Of a stretch of 52,974 bases of DNA, positions 19,783 to 30,913 are shown piece by piece; the first letter of the stretch is position 1, and the number at the start of each line of letters is the position of its first letter. The translations under genes and the position numbers were made by a program. The stretch spans positions 1 to 52,974 of IMG/VR virus record IMGVR_UViG_3300032073_000043. One strand, written 5' to 3'. Origin of the DNA: a virus (Duplodnaviria; Caudoviricetes). Below the pieces are notes generated by a model. It saw nothing but the letters and a program-made list of their open reading frames with translations, did not search any database and was not told the origin of the DNA.

Positions 19783-20886
19783 TTAGTGTTTTATTTGCTT
19801 AGATTTATTTCTTAATACTTGAGAAATTTCTTCAGCTTTTATATTACTTAATCTTATTTTTGCTTTTCTTATAGCGGCAAACTTTTCTTTTTTAAATCTT
19901 GCTACTAAATACTCAGGAACTAATGTTCTAGCCGCTAACATAGCGTGTATCATGTATTTGTATATTGCATCTTCAGCAAATTTATGTACAACTGAATCTC
20001 CATCAACAGCTAATCCATCACTTATGTATTTTAGTGTTATTATTTTGTCATTTAAATCAGAGCTAAAATGTATAAAACCTTTAGCGTGATCTATGTAATA
20101 TACACCATTTGCTTGCGCATACTCAGGTGTTAAACCATATCTTCTACCCTGCGCTAAAGTAGCGTCGTATTGATCATCATCTCTAGGGTTGTCTGAAGTA
20201 TTTGAAGAGCTTGTTAATTTAAATTGTTTCCAAGTTTCTGATTCAAATGATTGTAGTATTTCACCACCGTCTGTAAAAACATATTCAAAATCATTGCTTT
20301 GAAGTATTGCAGTTGGGTTACCTGTTTTATAAGCAGGATATATTATTCTTTCAATACCAGAGCCATCTCTCCAGCTTACCTTAACGTAATTAACATAATC
20401 GTGAGGTAACTTCATTTTAAGGGATGGTGGTATTTCTATTTCTTGTGATTTTTCACATCTTAATGTATCGTAGTTTAACTCTTGAATACCTCTTTGAGCG
20501 TGAAACATTACATCTGTTCTTCTTGCTTTTGGCAACAGCTTGTCTTCACCTACATATGTTATTATGAAATTTTGAACAATATCTTTTAACGTTATATGCT
20601 CGTAATTACCTAAACTCTCCTCTAGTGATTTTTGTTTAACTATTACAACCGCACCAACAGCAGGATTAGCACTAGACACAAATGTAACTCTACCATTAGA
20701 GCTGTTATATGAATATAAACTTTCGTTTAATTGATCTCCGTTAATAAATACATCAAAATCACCTTCAGCTGTTGGTAAAGGGTTAAACGTTAATGTAACA
20801 TAACTGTTTGAGTTTATAGTAGAATCTACCGTAAACTGATTTGCGTTGTTGTAATATTGCTGTTGTGTTCCTGTGAATAAAGGCAT
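19783..20886 (-). CDS. Tail ring/adaptor (tubular) protein
   Basis: Contains LPHDYVNYVKVS and LKYISDG motifs. Located between capsid and nozzle genes. Confidence 0.7.
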   Translation of the reverse strand: MPLFTGTQQQYYNNANQFTVDSTINSNSYVTLTFNPLPTAEGDFDVFINGDQLNESLYSYNSSNGRVTFVSSANPAVGAVVIVKQKSLEESLGNYEHITLKDIVQNFIITYVGEDKLLPKARRTDVMFHAQRGIQELNYDTLRCEKSQEIEIPPSLKMKLPHDYVNYVKVSWRDGSGIERIIYPAYKTGNPTAILQSNDFEYVFTDGGEILQSFESETWKQFKLTSSSNTSDNPRDDDQYDATLAQGRRYGLTPEYAQANGVYYIDHAKGFIHFSSDLNDKIITLKYISDGLAVDGDSVVHKFAEDAIYKYMIHAMLAARTLVPEYLVARFKKEKFAAIRKAKIRLSNIKAEEISQVLRNKSKQIKH

Positions 20887-20892
20887 GTTCTG

Positions 20893-21618
20893 TTATTTTT
20901 CTTGTTGGACGTTTTGTGCTTCTTCTTGAGCGGCTATTGGATAAAGCTGAGGATCTTTTATCGTTATACCAGCTAGTTCTAATATCTTTATAACTAATTC
21001 AGACTCTTCAGACTCATGTAGCTCAAAATCTACAGCAAGTGTAGCATTGTAAAGAGCTTCATCTAAAACAGTAGTATAAGCCCATTGTACTTTAATTGGC
21101 TTAGCTATATAGTTACACACAACTGTGTCACTTGCACCTATTGTTGTTGGATAAATTTGTATTAATCTTTTTCTATTTATAGCTGTTGATCCTGAGTTTC
21201 TAACATAAACAGGATATGTTGTTGTTGGGTTTGTTAATGGGGATGCTAATATGTGATGTATTTCGTTTTGATTTATTTTTTCAATCTCAACATAACTACC
21301 ACATTTATTAGTATATAATTCTCCCATACGATAATGATCTGGTAAAGTACCTACACCACCGTCTGCCATAACTACGGCTGCTCTGTATTTTTCAAATATA
21401 TCTATTTTTTCTTGAATAATATCTACCATGTCTGCATGAACCGAATCATTACCAGGCATTTTTAAAAATTGATCCAAGTCATAAAAGTATTGTTCGAATA
21501 TATCTAATTGAGCTTGATTAGCAAACAAGTTAAACTCTTGAGGTGTTATATAACCTCTTTGTTCTTTGTTAGCTATTGCTAAAACTCTTTGATAAACTGT
21601 ATCTACACTAACTGCCAT
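20893..21618 (-). CDS. Head-tail connector/ring protein
   Basis: Likely start is MAVSVDTVYQRVLAIANKEQRGYITPQEFNLFANQAQ at 21618. Ends with DFELHESEE. Confidence 0.7.
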   Translation of the reverse strand: MAVSVDTVYQRVLAIANKEQRGYITPQEFNLFANQAQLDIFEQYFYDLDQFLKMPGNDSVHADMVDIIQEKIDIFEKYRAAVVMADGGVGTLPDHYRMGELYTNKCGSYVEIEKINQNEIHHILASPLTNPTTTYPVYVRNSGSTAINRKRLIQIYPTTIGASDTVVCNYIAKPIKVQWAYTTVLDEALYNATLAVDFELHESEESELVIKILELAGITIKDPQLYPIAAQEEAQNVQQEK

Positions 21619-21630
21619 ATTTATTTTTTT

Positions 21631-21670
21631 TATAGTAAGTAACCACCTCACAGAGATGGTTACCTCTATA
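21631..21670. other. Intergenic RNA hairpin
   Basis: TATAG..GTAACCA-CCTC-ACA-GAG-ATGGTTAC..CTATA. It is followed by an A-run rather than a U-run on the coding strand, so it is not a clear terminator. Confidence 0.55.
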
Positions 21671-21678
21671 AGTGATTG

Positions 21679-22455
21679 TTATTTTAATCTTTTTTCTAAA
21701 TTACTAAAGACTTCTAAACCTTCATCTGTTTGAAACCACGCAGCTAATGCTGAATATGGGTGCTCATCAAATGGCACTGTCATTAGTTTTCTGCCGTTGC
21801 TAGCCCAAGTAAACTGTCTATTATCAGGCGACAATTTAATCAAGTTTGCTTCCGCTGCTTTGATACCAAAGTTTCTTAGCTGTACATTTTCATCTTGTGC
21901 TAAGCTTATAAATAAAGCTGGATTTCTTTTAGCAAATAAAAGTAAATCTCTCTTTAGTTCTTTGGATGTCATTTTTGTGACTTTACTTCCAAGCTCTACT
22001 CTTAATATACCTTCAGCTATATCTAAATCTAAATCTTTAGCTATAGTTAAAGCTTCTATTTCAAGCTCCATGTAATCTAAGTCATCACTTGCTATCTCAA
22101 CCTCGTTATGTTCTTGATATATAACATTTTTAAGAGGGTGATAAATTGAAAGCATTTTTTGTAAAGATTGCTCTCTTGCAGGTACTGTTAAAGCACCATC
22201 TCTAAAAACTATACGACCTAAAGTGGCCATACCTTTTTGTTCATCTACCAATGGTGATGGTTGATTAGTAGCGTATCTTAATTCTTTTTGAAAACCCGCT
22301 TCTGTATCGAACCATAATAATGGTTTTCTTCTAGTATGTTTACTAGGCAAAGAAAAAACTAATGGTTGTTCCTTTGTTGTTAGATAGTAAATTCTATCTT
22401 TTATTTCCCATTGTGTACCTACTGGTACTCCAACGGCTTGTTTTACTTGTGACAT
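21679..22455 (-). CDS. Hypothetical protein downstream of the major capsid gene
   Basis: 258-aa ORF with an AT-rich leader. Position suggests a head-associated role. Confidence 0.6.
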   Translation of the reverse strand: MSQVKQAVGVPVGTQWEIKDRIYYLTTKEQPLVFSLPSKHTRRKPLLWFDTEAGFQKELRYATNQPSPLVDEQKGMATLGRIVFRDGALTVPAREQSLQKMLSIYHPLKNVIYQEHNEVEIASDDLDYMELEIEALTIAKDLDLDIAEGILRVELGSKVTKMTSKELKRDLLLFAKRNPALFISLAQDENVQLRNFGIKAAEANLIKLSPDNRQFTWASNGRKLMTVPFDEHPYSALAAWFQTDEGLEVFSNLEKRLK

Positions 22456-22480
22456 AATATAATATAATTAAAAAGTTTAT

Positions 22481-22523
22481 AAAAAAAATAAAAGGGTTGG
22501 GTGCCGAAGCACCCTTACCTTTT
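22481..22523 (-). terminator. Rho-independent terminator after the major capsid gene
   Basis: Minus strand reads AAAAGGTAAGGGTGC-TTCG-GCACCCAACCCTTTT-ATTTTTTTT. Confidence 0.85.
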
Positions 22524-22535
22524 AAGTACTATTGA

Positions 22536-23957
22536 TTATCCTTGGATACCATCAGTAGATTTTAACAATACAAAGTTGTTAGCTGCTTGAACACATAAAC
22601 ATCTCTCAGATAAGAAATGTACGTTCATTGCATCTTCGTCGCTTGTATAGTTACCTCCAACTGAACCAGTGATCCATGATTTCATTCTTCTGTCGTCAGC
22701 TTCAGAAGCTCTGTATCTAACGTGTAAGAATGGTCTTTGGATGTTTTTACCCATAATCTGATCGTAAACTGTTGAAGTTCCAGCAGGAACGATAACACCT
22801 TCAATATCAGCTACAAGTCCTCTAGTAGTTGAATCATTTAAGTATTTCCAGTCAGTTTTGTAGAAGTCATAAGAACCTCTTCTGAAACCAGAGAAACCTA
22901 AATTTAACGCCATTTCCTCAGAGTTGTTGAATACTCCGTAAGAAGTACCACCAGTTCCGTAAGAATTTTGAGCAGCAAGCATGTTATCAATAGATAGAGA
23001 CGTAGCTCTGTCTAAGAACATCATGTTTTCTTCAATTGATCCTTGCTTGTCAAGCTCTTGTAAGATGCTATCAAATTCAGCAAGTCCAACGTGAACTCCA
23101 CTAGAAATAGGGTCATCAAAATCAGCGTTGTTGTATACTAATCCTCTTGAGCTAATAGCAGCAAAAAGACCTTCAGATCCAGAAATACCTGCAGCAGAGA
23201 TAGCAGATGATCCTGCTTTTTTCTCAGCTTCAATCATAGCCATTTCTAATTGATCTTCAAATCTAATTCTTGCTTCGTGCTCAGATTTTAAGTACCATAA
23301 GTATCCAGAAGTACCAGCTTCAGTAGCAACTTCGACCCACCCAATTTGAGCAGTGTCAGATCCATTTACACTGTACTTGTCTCTTAGAATAATTGGCTTA
23401 TTCGAGAAAGAAGTAAATGTTGCATCTTTTTTGTTACCAGCGTTGCTTGATCCTTTTGCATATTCTGAACCGTAAACAAATACTTTTACAGCAGCAACAC
23501 CATCAGAACCGATACTTGAAATATCAGCAGCAGTATAAGGTTGCGCAGTAATTGTAGTTGCAGCAGGTACAGCAGATACGTAACATTTTAATGTTGCACC
23601 ACCTTTGCTAACGATAATAGTATCGCCAATGTTTAGTAAGTGAGCAGCAGAAAATGTTAGTAAGTTTGCAGAAACGTCAGTACCTACGACATCGTCGTAA
23701 GCTACGTGGATTCTACCTTGTTCAGACCATACGACCTCGTCAGAAGCCATAGGCATTTCAGCACCGACCATAGATAAGAAACCAGAAATAGTTCTGTTTC
23801 CGTATCTTTCAACTTCTTTTTCATAAACTTCCGGTAGGAATTGTTTTGTGAAATTAAAGTCGTTGCCAGCGATTGATAAATAATTTGAACCAAATAAAGT
23901 TTTATTCGGTCTCGGCGTTAAGTGCGATAACTCCGCGCCTGTTCCAGCTAATGCCAT
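22536..23957 (-). CDS. Major capsid protein
   Basis: 473 aa, after portal and scaffold and followed by a strong terminator. Distinct highly-expressed codon bias; contains QFLPEVYEKEVERYGNRT and WSEQGR. Confidence 0.85.
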   Translation of the reverse strand: MALAGTGAELSHLTPRPNKTLFGSNYLSIAGNDFNFTKQFLPEVYEKEVERYGNRTISGFLSMVGAEMPMASDEVVWSEQGRIHVAYDDVVGTDVSANLLTFSAAHLLNIGDTIIVSKGGATLKCYVSAVPAATTITAQPYTAADISSIGSDGVAAVKVFVYGSEYAKGSSNAGNKKDATFTSFSNKPIILRDKYSVNGSDTAQIGWVEVATEAGTSGYLWYLKSEHEARIRFEDQLEMAMIEAEKKAGSSAISAAGISGSEGLFAAISSRGLVYNNADFDDPISSGVHVGLAEFDSILQELDKQGSIEENMMFLDRATSLSIDNMLAAQNSYGTGGTSYGVFNNSEEMALNLGFSGFRRGSYDFYKTDWKYLNDSTTRGLVADIEGVIVPAGTSTVYDQIMGKNIQRPFLHVRYRASEADDRRMKSWITGSVGGNYTSDEDAMNVHFLSERCLCVQAANNFVLLKSTDGIQG

Positions 23958-23983
23958 AATTTTTAATTTTTAAATTGTTAATG

Positions 23984-25216
23984 TTATTTTCTAATCTTAA
24001 TCTTAAAATCAGAAACTGTATCACCAGGAACAGCTTTTACAGACCAACCAGAAGTAGGTATCACATTTGACTGTGCTTCCCTAGGATCCATGTTGATGTT
24101 TTTAGACTTAGCTATACTATCCTTGATAGCATCTGCTTTGCCCTGTTCGTAAAAGTGTTTCGCTACAGCGTCAGGATTATTAGCAGTAAATAAAGATTTA
24201 TGATAACCTTTAGCATCACTCATATTTTCATTTTTATCAAGAAACTTCTTAATAAAATTGTTAATATCGCTTTGGTCATTTTTAACCTTGTCACTATCTT
24301 TTACATTAAACCTAAACTTTTTTTCACCAATATTATATTCAAAACCTTTGAATTTATCGTTAAAAACCTCGTTGGTTTTATTTAAAAAGTTGGTTTGTTG
24401 TTCCTGAACTACCTTTTGTGTAGTTTCTGCTTCTTGATTGTAACGGTTGAAAAAATCAATTGCTTTCTTTTGCTCAGGCGCTAACCTGCTTCCAGCTTTA
24501 ATTTCTTCGTAATATTTAGACTTTAGCCCGTCTAAGTGGCTTTTAGCACTGGCAACTTGCTCTTTTAGCGCTAATTTTTTTCTTTTAATATCTCTATCCT
24601 CATCAACTTCTTCATCATATTCAAAATTGTCTTCCATTAAGAAACCAATTTCATCATCATTTAAATGAGGTTTTGTTTGCTTGTAGTATTCCTTAAGTAA
24701 AGATTTATCATCTTTTTTAGAGTAATCTTGATTTAATCTAACATACTCTTCTAAGCTACCGCCAGTTTCATTCATAAAGTCCACGACTTTTTGTATGTTT
24801 TCTGGTAATGGTTCAGATGTGTCTTGAGCTTCTTGTACAGCTTCTTCTACTTGTTCTTGTAGCTCCTCTGTTTGCTCTTCAACTTCTTCATTTGTAATCT
24901 CTTCAACTACTGAAGTTTGCTCTTCTTCTTTAACCTCTTGCTCGACAACAGGTGTATCTTTTACCTCTGTTTCTTCTACAGGAGTAACTTCTTCTTTTTT
25001 TGAAAGATCAACCTTAATAGCATCGTTGTCTTCATTTTGATTGACTAATTGCTTTGGTCTTTTAGGTTTTTCTTTCATTTTCATATCTCCACCCTCTTTT
25101 ATAGGAGCTTCGATTTTAGCATCAGTTATAGTTTCACTATCTTTGATTGCTGCTTGTTCTTGTGCAACTGGTTGAATTTCTTCTACAACCTCTTGCGGCT
25201 TTTCTTTTTCTGCCAT
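23984..25216 (-). CDS. Capsid scaffolding protein
   Basis: Very acidic, low-complexity N-half and helical C-half. Lies between portal and capsid genes. Confidence 0.75.
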   Translation of the reverse strand: MAEKEKPQEVVEEIQPVAQEQAAIKDSETITDAKIEAPIKEGGDMKMKEKPKRPKQLVNQNEDNDAIKVDLSKKEEVTPVEETEVKDTPVVEQEVKEEEQTSVVEEITNEEVEEQTEELQEQVEEAVQEAQDTSEPLPENIQKVVDFMNETGGSLEEYVRLNQDYSKKDDKSLLKEYYKQTKPHLNDDEIGFLMEDNFEYDEEVDEDRDIKRKKLALKEQVASAKSHLDGLKSKYYEEIKAGSRLAPEQKKAIDFFNRYNQEAETTQKVVQEQQTNFLNKTNEVFNDKFKGFEYNIGEKKFRFNVKDSDKVKNDQSDINNFIKKFLDKNENMSDAKGYHKSLFTANNPDAVAKHFYEQGKADAIKDSIAKSKNINMDPREAQSNVIPTSGWSVKAVPGDTVSDFKIKIRK

Positions 25217-25244
25217 AATATAATATTATAAAATTAAACGATTA

Positions 25245-27671
25245 TTATCTTGGGTCAAAACTACCTAGATTACCTAGGTTACCTAAACTATCATTACCCA
25301 TTGATTCAAACTTTTTAGGTGCTTTATTGTTATTTCTTTGATCTATTAGCTCAGATTGTTGACTAGCTTGTATTCTAGTTCTTTCATCTTTACGATCTTC
25401 TTTATTTGTTTCTTTTTGTTTGCCTATGTTAAGCTCCATGTTTTTAAGTCTCATATTAATCATAAACTCATGATTCATAAGATCTTTCTTGATTATAGCT
25501 TCTTGTTGCATTTTCTTTTGATCTAGCATCATTTTGGCTTCTTCAAGTTGCATAGTGCTTTGCATTAAAGCTTGGTTTTTTTGTACCTCAGCTTCTGCAG
25601 CTATCTTTTGAGCTTGTGCATTAGCGTTTGCTTGAGTTTCTATATTTTTTTGTTGTAGCAACTCGTCTCTTTCTCTTTTCTTTTTTCTTCTTACTTTTAG
25701 TAATTGATTAGCAAGCTTGACATTTTTAATATTTCTTAAATCAATAGCATCTTCAAGATCTATCATTTGCTGACCTAAAGCAACTTGTATATTGTTTTCA
25801 AGTAATGATTTTTCTTCTTCATCAGGAGATACGTCTAAAAATATACCAAAATCATATAGATGTAAACTAGCTATATCTTCTAACGTACCAACATTATGAC
25901 CACCTATTTTTTGTATAAATGCTTCTTTTGTTGGAGAGTATTCTAATATATCAGATATTCTTAATGATATTGATTCAGCTAATTCAGCTGTAAGATATAA
26001 GCCAGAGTTCAATATATGTCTAGTAGCGGTGTTACTATTAGCAGCGGCTAGTTTTTGAACACCAACTAAAGCTCTAGAATCAGGAGTACTACCATCTCTA
26101 GCTTCGTTTAAGCCGGTTGTATCTCTAATCATCTGCATGTAGTAGTTGTAATTCTGTATTAACACAGGTATTTTACCACCACCATTACCACTTGTTATTT
26201 CTTGAATAGGTATTTTACCAGGATTCATATCTCCTTCTGACGTAAACGATCTACCTATTACGGAACCAGTTTGAAAAAACATATTCAACGCTTCTTGTGG
26301 ATTATAATTAGTTCCGTTACCTAAATCTATTTCAGCTAAACCGTCAGCGTCTAGATAAATACCATCTGGCACCATTCTTGATAATACTTGTTGTATTTTT
26401 AAATGAGTTAATTGAATCATGTCAGCAAAACCAGTTATACGCTTTACTAAAGACTCAATTTTACCTTTATACATTCTAGGAGCCACTAAATTATAATTCA
26501 TTTTAACCTTAGTGTAATCACTTTTAGGTCTCATCATGTTTTTAGACATTTCCCATTTAAGCAATTTATCTGTTCCTAAAACCAAAGCTCCTTCATATAA
26601 AACCTCTAAAGATCTTTCAATTTTCTCAAATTGACCAACCATTTCTTGTATTGGTGGATCAAAAGTATCATCTCTTAATATAACTTTGCTACCACCACTC
26701 ATAGTATCTTTAACTTTATAAACTTCATTCATGTAAGTTTTATAATTAAAGTATAATACCTCTACAGTGTTATTATCGTTGTTATCGTTAGTGCTAGCTG
26801 TAGTATACCTAAAGTTAGATTTTTGATTAGGTTGCTTTTTTATTTTTAAAAGTTGCTCTTCATCTAAATTAGGAAACTCTTTTTTTAATTCATTTATAGG
26901 TATTGTTTTTACCTCGCCAATGTAATATATATCTTCAAAATAAGGATTTTCAGTATAAGAGTAAACTATATTTGCAGGATCCACGTATTCAACTTTAATA
27001 CCTTCAGCTGTTGTAAATTTATCTTTTACACAAGCTATACCAATAGTTGTTAAATCATAAAATAATCTTTTTCTTGTTTCTTCAAACTTATTACCATTTA
27101 ATATAGTTGTTATGGCTTGTTCCTCTGCTAGTTCAACTTCTTGCTTGTAACTAAGTTGCATATGTAAACTTAACTCTTCTTCACTATCGGGTAGTTTTTC
27201 AGGTGGATTTTCCTGTAAGTTTATACCTAAAGAGTCTTGAGCAAACTTTATAAGCTCTTGAGTTTCTATGTCTCTCATTACAGATTCCATATACTCTGTT
27301 CTCTTACTCATACCGTAAGGATCTTGAGAATATGCTTTTATATCGTATGTTCTTTCGGCCATACCATTAACTACAATATCAACAAACTTAGGTATTATAG
27401 GAACTGGTTTCCAGTCTAAATTAAGATAAGACAAATCACCATTTATAGATAATTCATCTTTATATTTTTGTATCGATTGTTCTCCTCTAGCATATAACCT
27501 TAACTTATGAAACTCGTTTTGGTTGTTATAAAATCTATTAGTACCAGAATCACGTTTAAACCATTCCGCTTCTATAGCTTTGGCAACCTTTAAACCGTAG
27601 TCAAGCCCGATCTTCTCAGAGTCGCTAACAACCTGACTTGGGAAATAACCTTTTGATATTGATTCTGCCAT
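25245..27671 (-). CDS. Portal protein
   Basis: 808 aa, directly after the terminase. Contains PIIPKFVDIVVNG and TGLNEARDG, plus a long C-terminal Gln/Lys coiled coil. Confidence 0.85.
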   Translation of the reverse strand: MAESISKGYFPSQVVSDSEKIGLDYGLKVAKAIEAEWFKRDSGTNRFYNNQNEFHKLRLYARGEQSIQKYKDELSINGDLSYLNLDWKPVPIIPKFVDIVVNGMAERTYDIKAYSQDPYGMSKRTEYMESVMRDIETQELIKFAQDSLGINLQENPPEKLPDSEEELSLHMQLSYKQEVELAEEQAITTILNGNKFEETRKRLFYDLTTIGIACVKDKFTTAEGIKVEYVDPANIVYSYTENPYFEDIYYIGEVKTIPINELKKEFPNLDEEQLLKIKKQPNQKSNFRYTTASTNDNNDNNTVEVLYFNYKTYMNEVYKVKDTMSGGSKVILRDDTFDPPIQEMVGQFEKIERSLEVLYEGALVLGTDKLLKWEMSKNMMRPKSDYTKVKMNYNLVAPRMYKGKIESLVKRITGFADMIQLTHLKIQQVLSRMVPDGIYLDADGLAEIDLGNGTNYNPQEALNMFFQTGSVIGRSFTSEGDMNPGKIPIQEITSGNGGGKIPVLIQNYNYYMQMIRDTTGLNEARDGSTPDSRALVGVQKLAAANSNTATRHILNSGLYLTAELAESISLRISDILEYSPTKEAFIQKIGGHNVGTLEDIASLHLYDFGIFLDVSPDEEEKSLLENNIQVALGQQMIDLEDAIDLRNIKNVKLANQLLKVRRKKKRERDELLQQKNIETQANANAQAQKIAAEAEVQKNQALMQSTMQLEEAKMMLDQKKMQQEAIIKKDLMNHEFMINMRLKNMELNIGKQKETNKEDRKDERTRIQASQQSELIDQRNNNKAPKKFESMGNDSLGNLGNLGSFDPR

Positions 27672-27674
27672 TTT

Positions 27675-29879
27675 TTAATCTATTAGTTTTGAGTGCATAC
27701 CTTTGTTTTTATATCTTGATATGTTTATGTTTAGTTTTTGTTTTTTTATGTCTGCATGCGGTCTATATAAATGTCTGTTACAAGCCATTATAGCTAATCC
27801 CGAACTTATTGCAGCATCGTATTTTGTTCTGTTATTTATATCAAACTTAGCCCAGTCTTGCAATGTTTCATTAAAATATAAATCACCGTGGGATCCATCT
27901 CTCTTTTTACCAACGTGATCTTGTATATACATTTCAATAGCAGCAGCGTGAGCTTGCTTAATATCTTCACTTGAGTTTGGTATACCACCTACTTCTTTTT
28001 CAGCTGTGGACAACTTGTTCCAAGTTCTATCAGGTCTATTCATAGAATAACCTCTGTAACCTCGCCTTTTTAAATAATACAATAGACGTGGTTTATTATT
28101 TTCTGCTAGTATAGGCATCCCGTAAAACACAAGTGCCATTAGAACGTCCTCAAAGAAGATCTCAGCAGTCTGAGGTCTAGCTATATACTCTAAAAAGAAA
28201 GAGTTTGGAGGACAATCTTCCATACTAAATTTTGTTAACCCGTGCAAAGCACCTTTAGATCCTCTACCATCAACAGTACCAGATATATCATAAGAGTCAC
28301 ATCCAAATGAACCCATGTGTTCGTTAGCAGGGTATTTAATTCCATTTTTTATTATATGTCTATTCTGTAATTCAAACTTAGGTGTCCAGCTAACCTTAAA
28401 CCTACCTTTTGAATCTGGGTAAAATATAACTTTAGTATCTTTAATACCGTTAACCCATTGAAAATTACCTTTAGTTAATGGCGCATTTAGCTCTTCGTTA
28501 TAATCTATTTGCTCGTATATTTTCGCTAAATTAAATATACTGTTTTGTGTTTCATCTCTAAAAGCGTGCTCTTCAGTTCTAGGAAATTGCCTATAAAATT
28601 CATTTAAAGCATCTCCATCATTTTTTAAGCCGTCGACTTCGTTTTGCCAGTGTTCGATGATACCTGTATCGATATATTCTCCATAAGGCCCTTTAACTTC
28701 TTCTTCTGGTGTGTCAAATACAGGTAGTCCATAAGAATCAATGAATCCTTCGTAGTTCCATTCCATAGGAATGAACAGACTATAGAGTCCTGTACTTGTT
28801 TGTCCATTTCTGTTTCTTTTTGTAACATCTGACCCATTATACAGTTTTTTAAAGTTATCACCTCCTTTGTCAAGAGCGTTGCTCGTTGATCCCATCATGC
28901 ACTTACCAATAATTCTACTACCTAACCTAAGACATGTTTTTGTAACACGCCAATTGTTTAATATATTATTAGGTCTTTCCCATTTACCACTTTCATCGTG
29001 AGCTAATAGTTTTAACTTTTCACCATCATAACTATTGTCACCTGTATTTTTCCAGTCAATAGTAGTGTCTAATCCTTGTAAATCATGATCGTCACTACCT
29101 GCTTCTATCTTTCTTCTAGTTAATTTAGAAGCTGGAACTCTGTATGCTAATTCTGTTTTAGGTCGATCCATACCATCTTGAATCGGTTTAAAAAAGAAAG
29201 GGTAGTTGACTGATATAGGTACAACCTTGTCAGTAAACATTTTTTTAGCATCTGGTCCAGTTTTAGATAATATTCCTAATCTAGCATCACTTGATATTGT
29301 AGCCATATTTACTAGCTCTCCTGATGCCATAAATGAAAACCCAGATCTTCTATTTTTAAGATAACACATACCATAACATCTAGTATCAGCTTTGCAAGCT
29401 TCCCAAAACAAATAAAATAATCTATTTGCTTCTCTAAAATCAGGTTGACCAACATCAATTTTTGACCACTGTAGATACATATAGTGAGTACCGGTTATGT
29501 AAGTAGCTTTTCCTTTGTTATAAAACCAAAAACCTTCTTCTCTTCTTTTAAACTCTTTTTCTATGTAATCTATATGTTTTTCCTTAAAATCTTTTGGTAT
29601 ATCTTTCCAGTCAAATATAGTTTTTAAACGAGATAAAGCTTTAGGTTGTGGTGTAACCTCCCACTTATCACTTTTAAATTTATTAATATCAGTTGCCTGC
29701 GGCAATGCTATTTTCAAATTCTGTATGCTATACACCTCACCGATCTTACCGGTTTTACTTATAACAACTAGATCATGCTCTTTGTTATAACCATACTTCC
29801 AGGCTTTTTTTTTGTTAAGCCTTTTTATGGTGTTTATTTTAATAGGTTCTATAACCTTATATAAACTTTGCTCGTACAT
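27675..29879 (-). CDS. terL: Terminase large subunit
   Basis: Walker A-like LKNRRSGFS, Walker B LLAHDESGK, MMGST coupling motif and nuclease motif FGCDSYD. Confidence 0.92.
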   Translation of the reverse strand: MYEQSLYKVIEPIKINTIKRLNKKKAWKYGYNKEHDLVVISKTGKIGEVYSIQNLKIALPQATDINKFKSDKWEVTPQPKALSRLKTIFDWKDIPKDFKEKHIDYIEKEFKRREEGFWFYNKGKATYITGTHYMYLQWSKIDVGQPDFREANRLFYLFWEACKADTRCYGMCYLKNRRSGFSFMASGELVNMATISSDARLGILSKTGPDAKKMFTDKVVPISVNYPFFFKPIQDGMDRPKTELAYRVPASKLTRRKIEAGSDDHDLQGLDTTIDWKNTGDNSYDGEKLKLLAHDESGKWERPNNILNNWRVTKTCLRLGSRIIGKCMMGSTSNALDKGGDNFKKLYNGSDVTKRNRNGQTSTGLYSLFIPMEWNYEGFIDSYGLPVFDTPEEEVKGPYGEYIDTGIIEHWQNEVDGLKNDGDALNEFYRQFPRTEEHAFRDETQNSIFNLAKIYEQIDYNEELNAPLTKGNFQWVNGIKDTKVIFYPDSKGRFKVSWTPKFELQNRHIIKNGIKYPANEHMGSFGCDSYDISGTVDGRGSKGALHGLTKFSMEDCPPNSFFLEYIARPQTAEIFFEDVLMALVFYGMPILAENNKPRLLYYLKRRGYRGYSMNRPDRTWNKLSTAEKEVGGIPNSSEDIKQAHAAAIEMYIQDHVGKKRDGSHGDLYFNETLQDWAKFDINNRTKYDAAISSGLAIMACNRHLYRPHADIKKQKLNINISRYKNKGMHSKLID

Positions 29880-30154
29880 TATTTAGATCTTCTTTCTGCA
29901 AAACCACCAAAAGTAGACTTTTCCTCTTCCTTTTTAGGTTTATTATCTAACATGTCTTGCTCATCTTGTATTCTATTTAATATCTCAAAAGCATCAAATA
30001 TAGCTAGCTTTTTAGTTGCAGCCGCGTTTTTTAATCTATCAGCTGATATATCGTCGTCTGTTTCTACTATAGGCTCTTTTGCAACCTTTATTAATTCATC
30101 AACAGCTCTATGTCCAGCTTGGATTATATTCTTTTTCGTTTCCTTGATATTCAT
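29879..30154 (-). CDS. Probable terminase small subunit
   Basis: Small helical ORF (likely start MNIKETKK at 30154) translationally coupled to terL. Confidence 0.55.
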   Translation of the reverse strand: MNIKETKKNIIQAGHRAVDELIKVAKEPIVETDDDISADRLKNAAATKKLAIFDAFEILNRIQDEQDMLDNKPKKEEEKSTFGGFAERRSK

Positions 30155-30692
30155 ATTTGATTGTAATAAATTTAGATAAAACCCTATATAATCTCTCACC
30201 GTTAATTACAAACTCGTATTCACTATTAGGTGTGAAACCTATTAAATCTCCTTCGTTTATATTTAAATGCTTGTTAGTATATTTAACAACGCCTATCAAT
30301 GGTTTTTCTTTATCGTCATATATATTGTCTGACTGTAAAGGTTTTACAAAGCAATAATCAGTTTGACTTGACCATTTACCTTTTTGTTTGTATAAAAATA
30401 TTTGATCTGTATTAACAAAATATTTATCTTCTTTAAAATAAGATCTGCTGTTTTTTTCTACACCTTGTTGATCGTGCCATCTTCTAAAAACATTGTGGTG
30501 TATAATAACAGTGTCACCTACTTTTATATCTGTTTTAACAATTTTAGGCAAAGAAACAACTATAGCTTCTCTGTTAACGTACTGATGACTAAATATCTCG
30601 GCGTTTAATATGAGCTCTTTATCACCTATTTTTTTTACGTTATTGTATCTTGATCCTTTTGGTTTAACTACAAAGTTAAATAATCCTTGCAT
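30108..30692 (-). CDS. GroES-fold-like protein (apparently two tandem units)
   Basis: Two similar units, FVVKP...IKVGDTVII and CFVKP...INEGDLIGF, resemble co-chaperonin beta-barrels. Confidence 0.55.
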   Translation of the reverse strand: MQGLFNFVVKPKGSRYNNVKKIGDKELILNAEIFSHQYVNREAIVVSLPKIVKTDIKVGDTVIIHHNVFRRWHDQQGVEKNSRSYFKEDKYFVNTDQIFLYKQKGKWSSQTDYCFVKPLQSDNIYDDKEKPLIGVVKYTNKHLNINEGDLIGFTPNSEYEFVINGERLYRVLSKFITIKYEYQGNEKEYNPSWT

Positions 30693-30913
30693 TAATATTC
30701 TAAATTGTATTCTACGGCTATTGCCATATTTTTATTAAAATCTTTCCAAGGCAAAACCTCTTCTTTTTTCATAATGTAAATACTAAACTTTTCATCTTCT
30801 TCTATTATATCACAAATCGTATGACCACCGTAGACCTCTTGGCCTACGGAATAGTGCATAGCTTCGTTTTTATAGTCTTTACCTATACTTATTTTTCTAA
30901 TTAGATTTTTCAT
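30692..30913 (-). CDS. Small hypothetical protein
   Basis: 73 aa, coupled to its neighbours (IRKISIGKDYKNEAMHYSVGQ). Confidence 0.65.
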   Translation of the reverse strand: MKNLIRKISIGKDYKNEAMHYSVGQEVYGGHTICDIIEEDEKFSIYIMKKEEVLPWKDFNKNMAIAVEYNLEY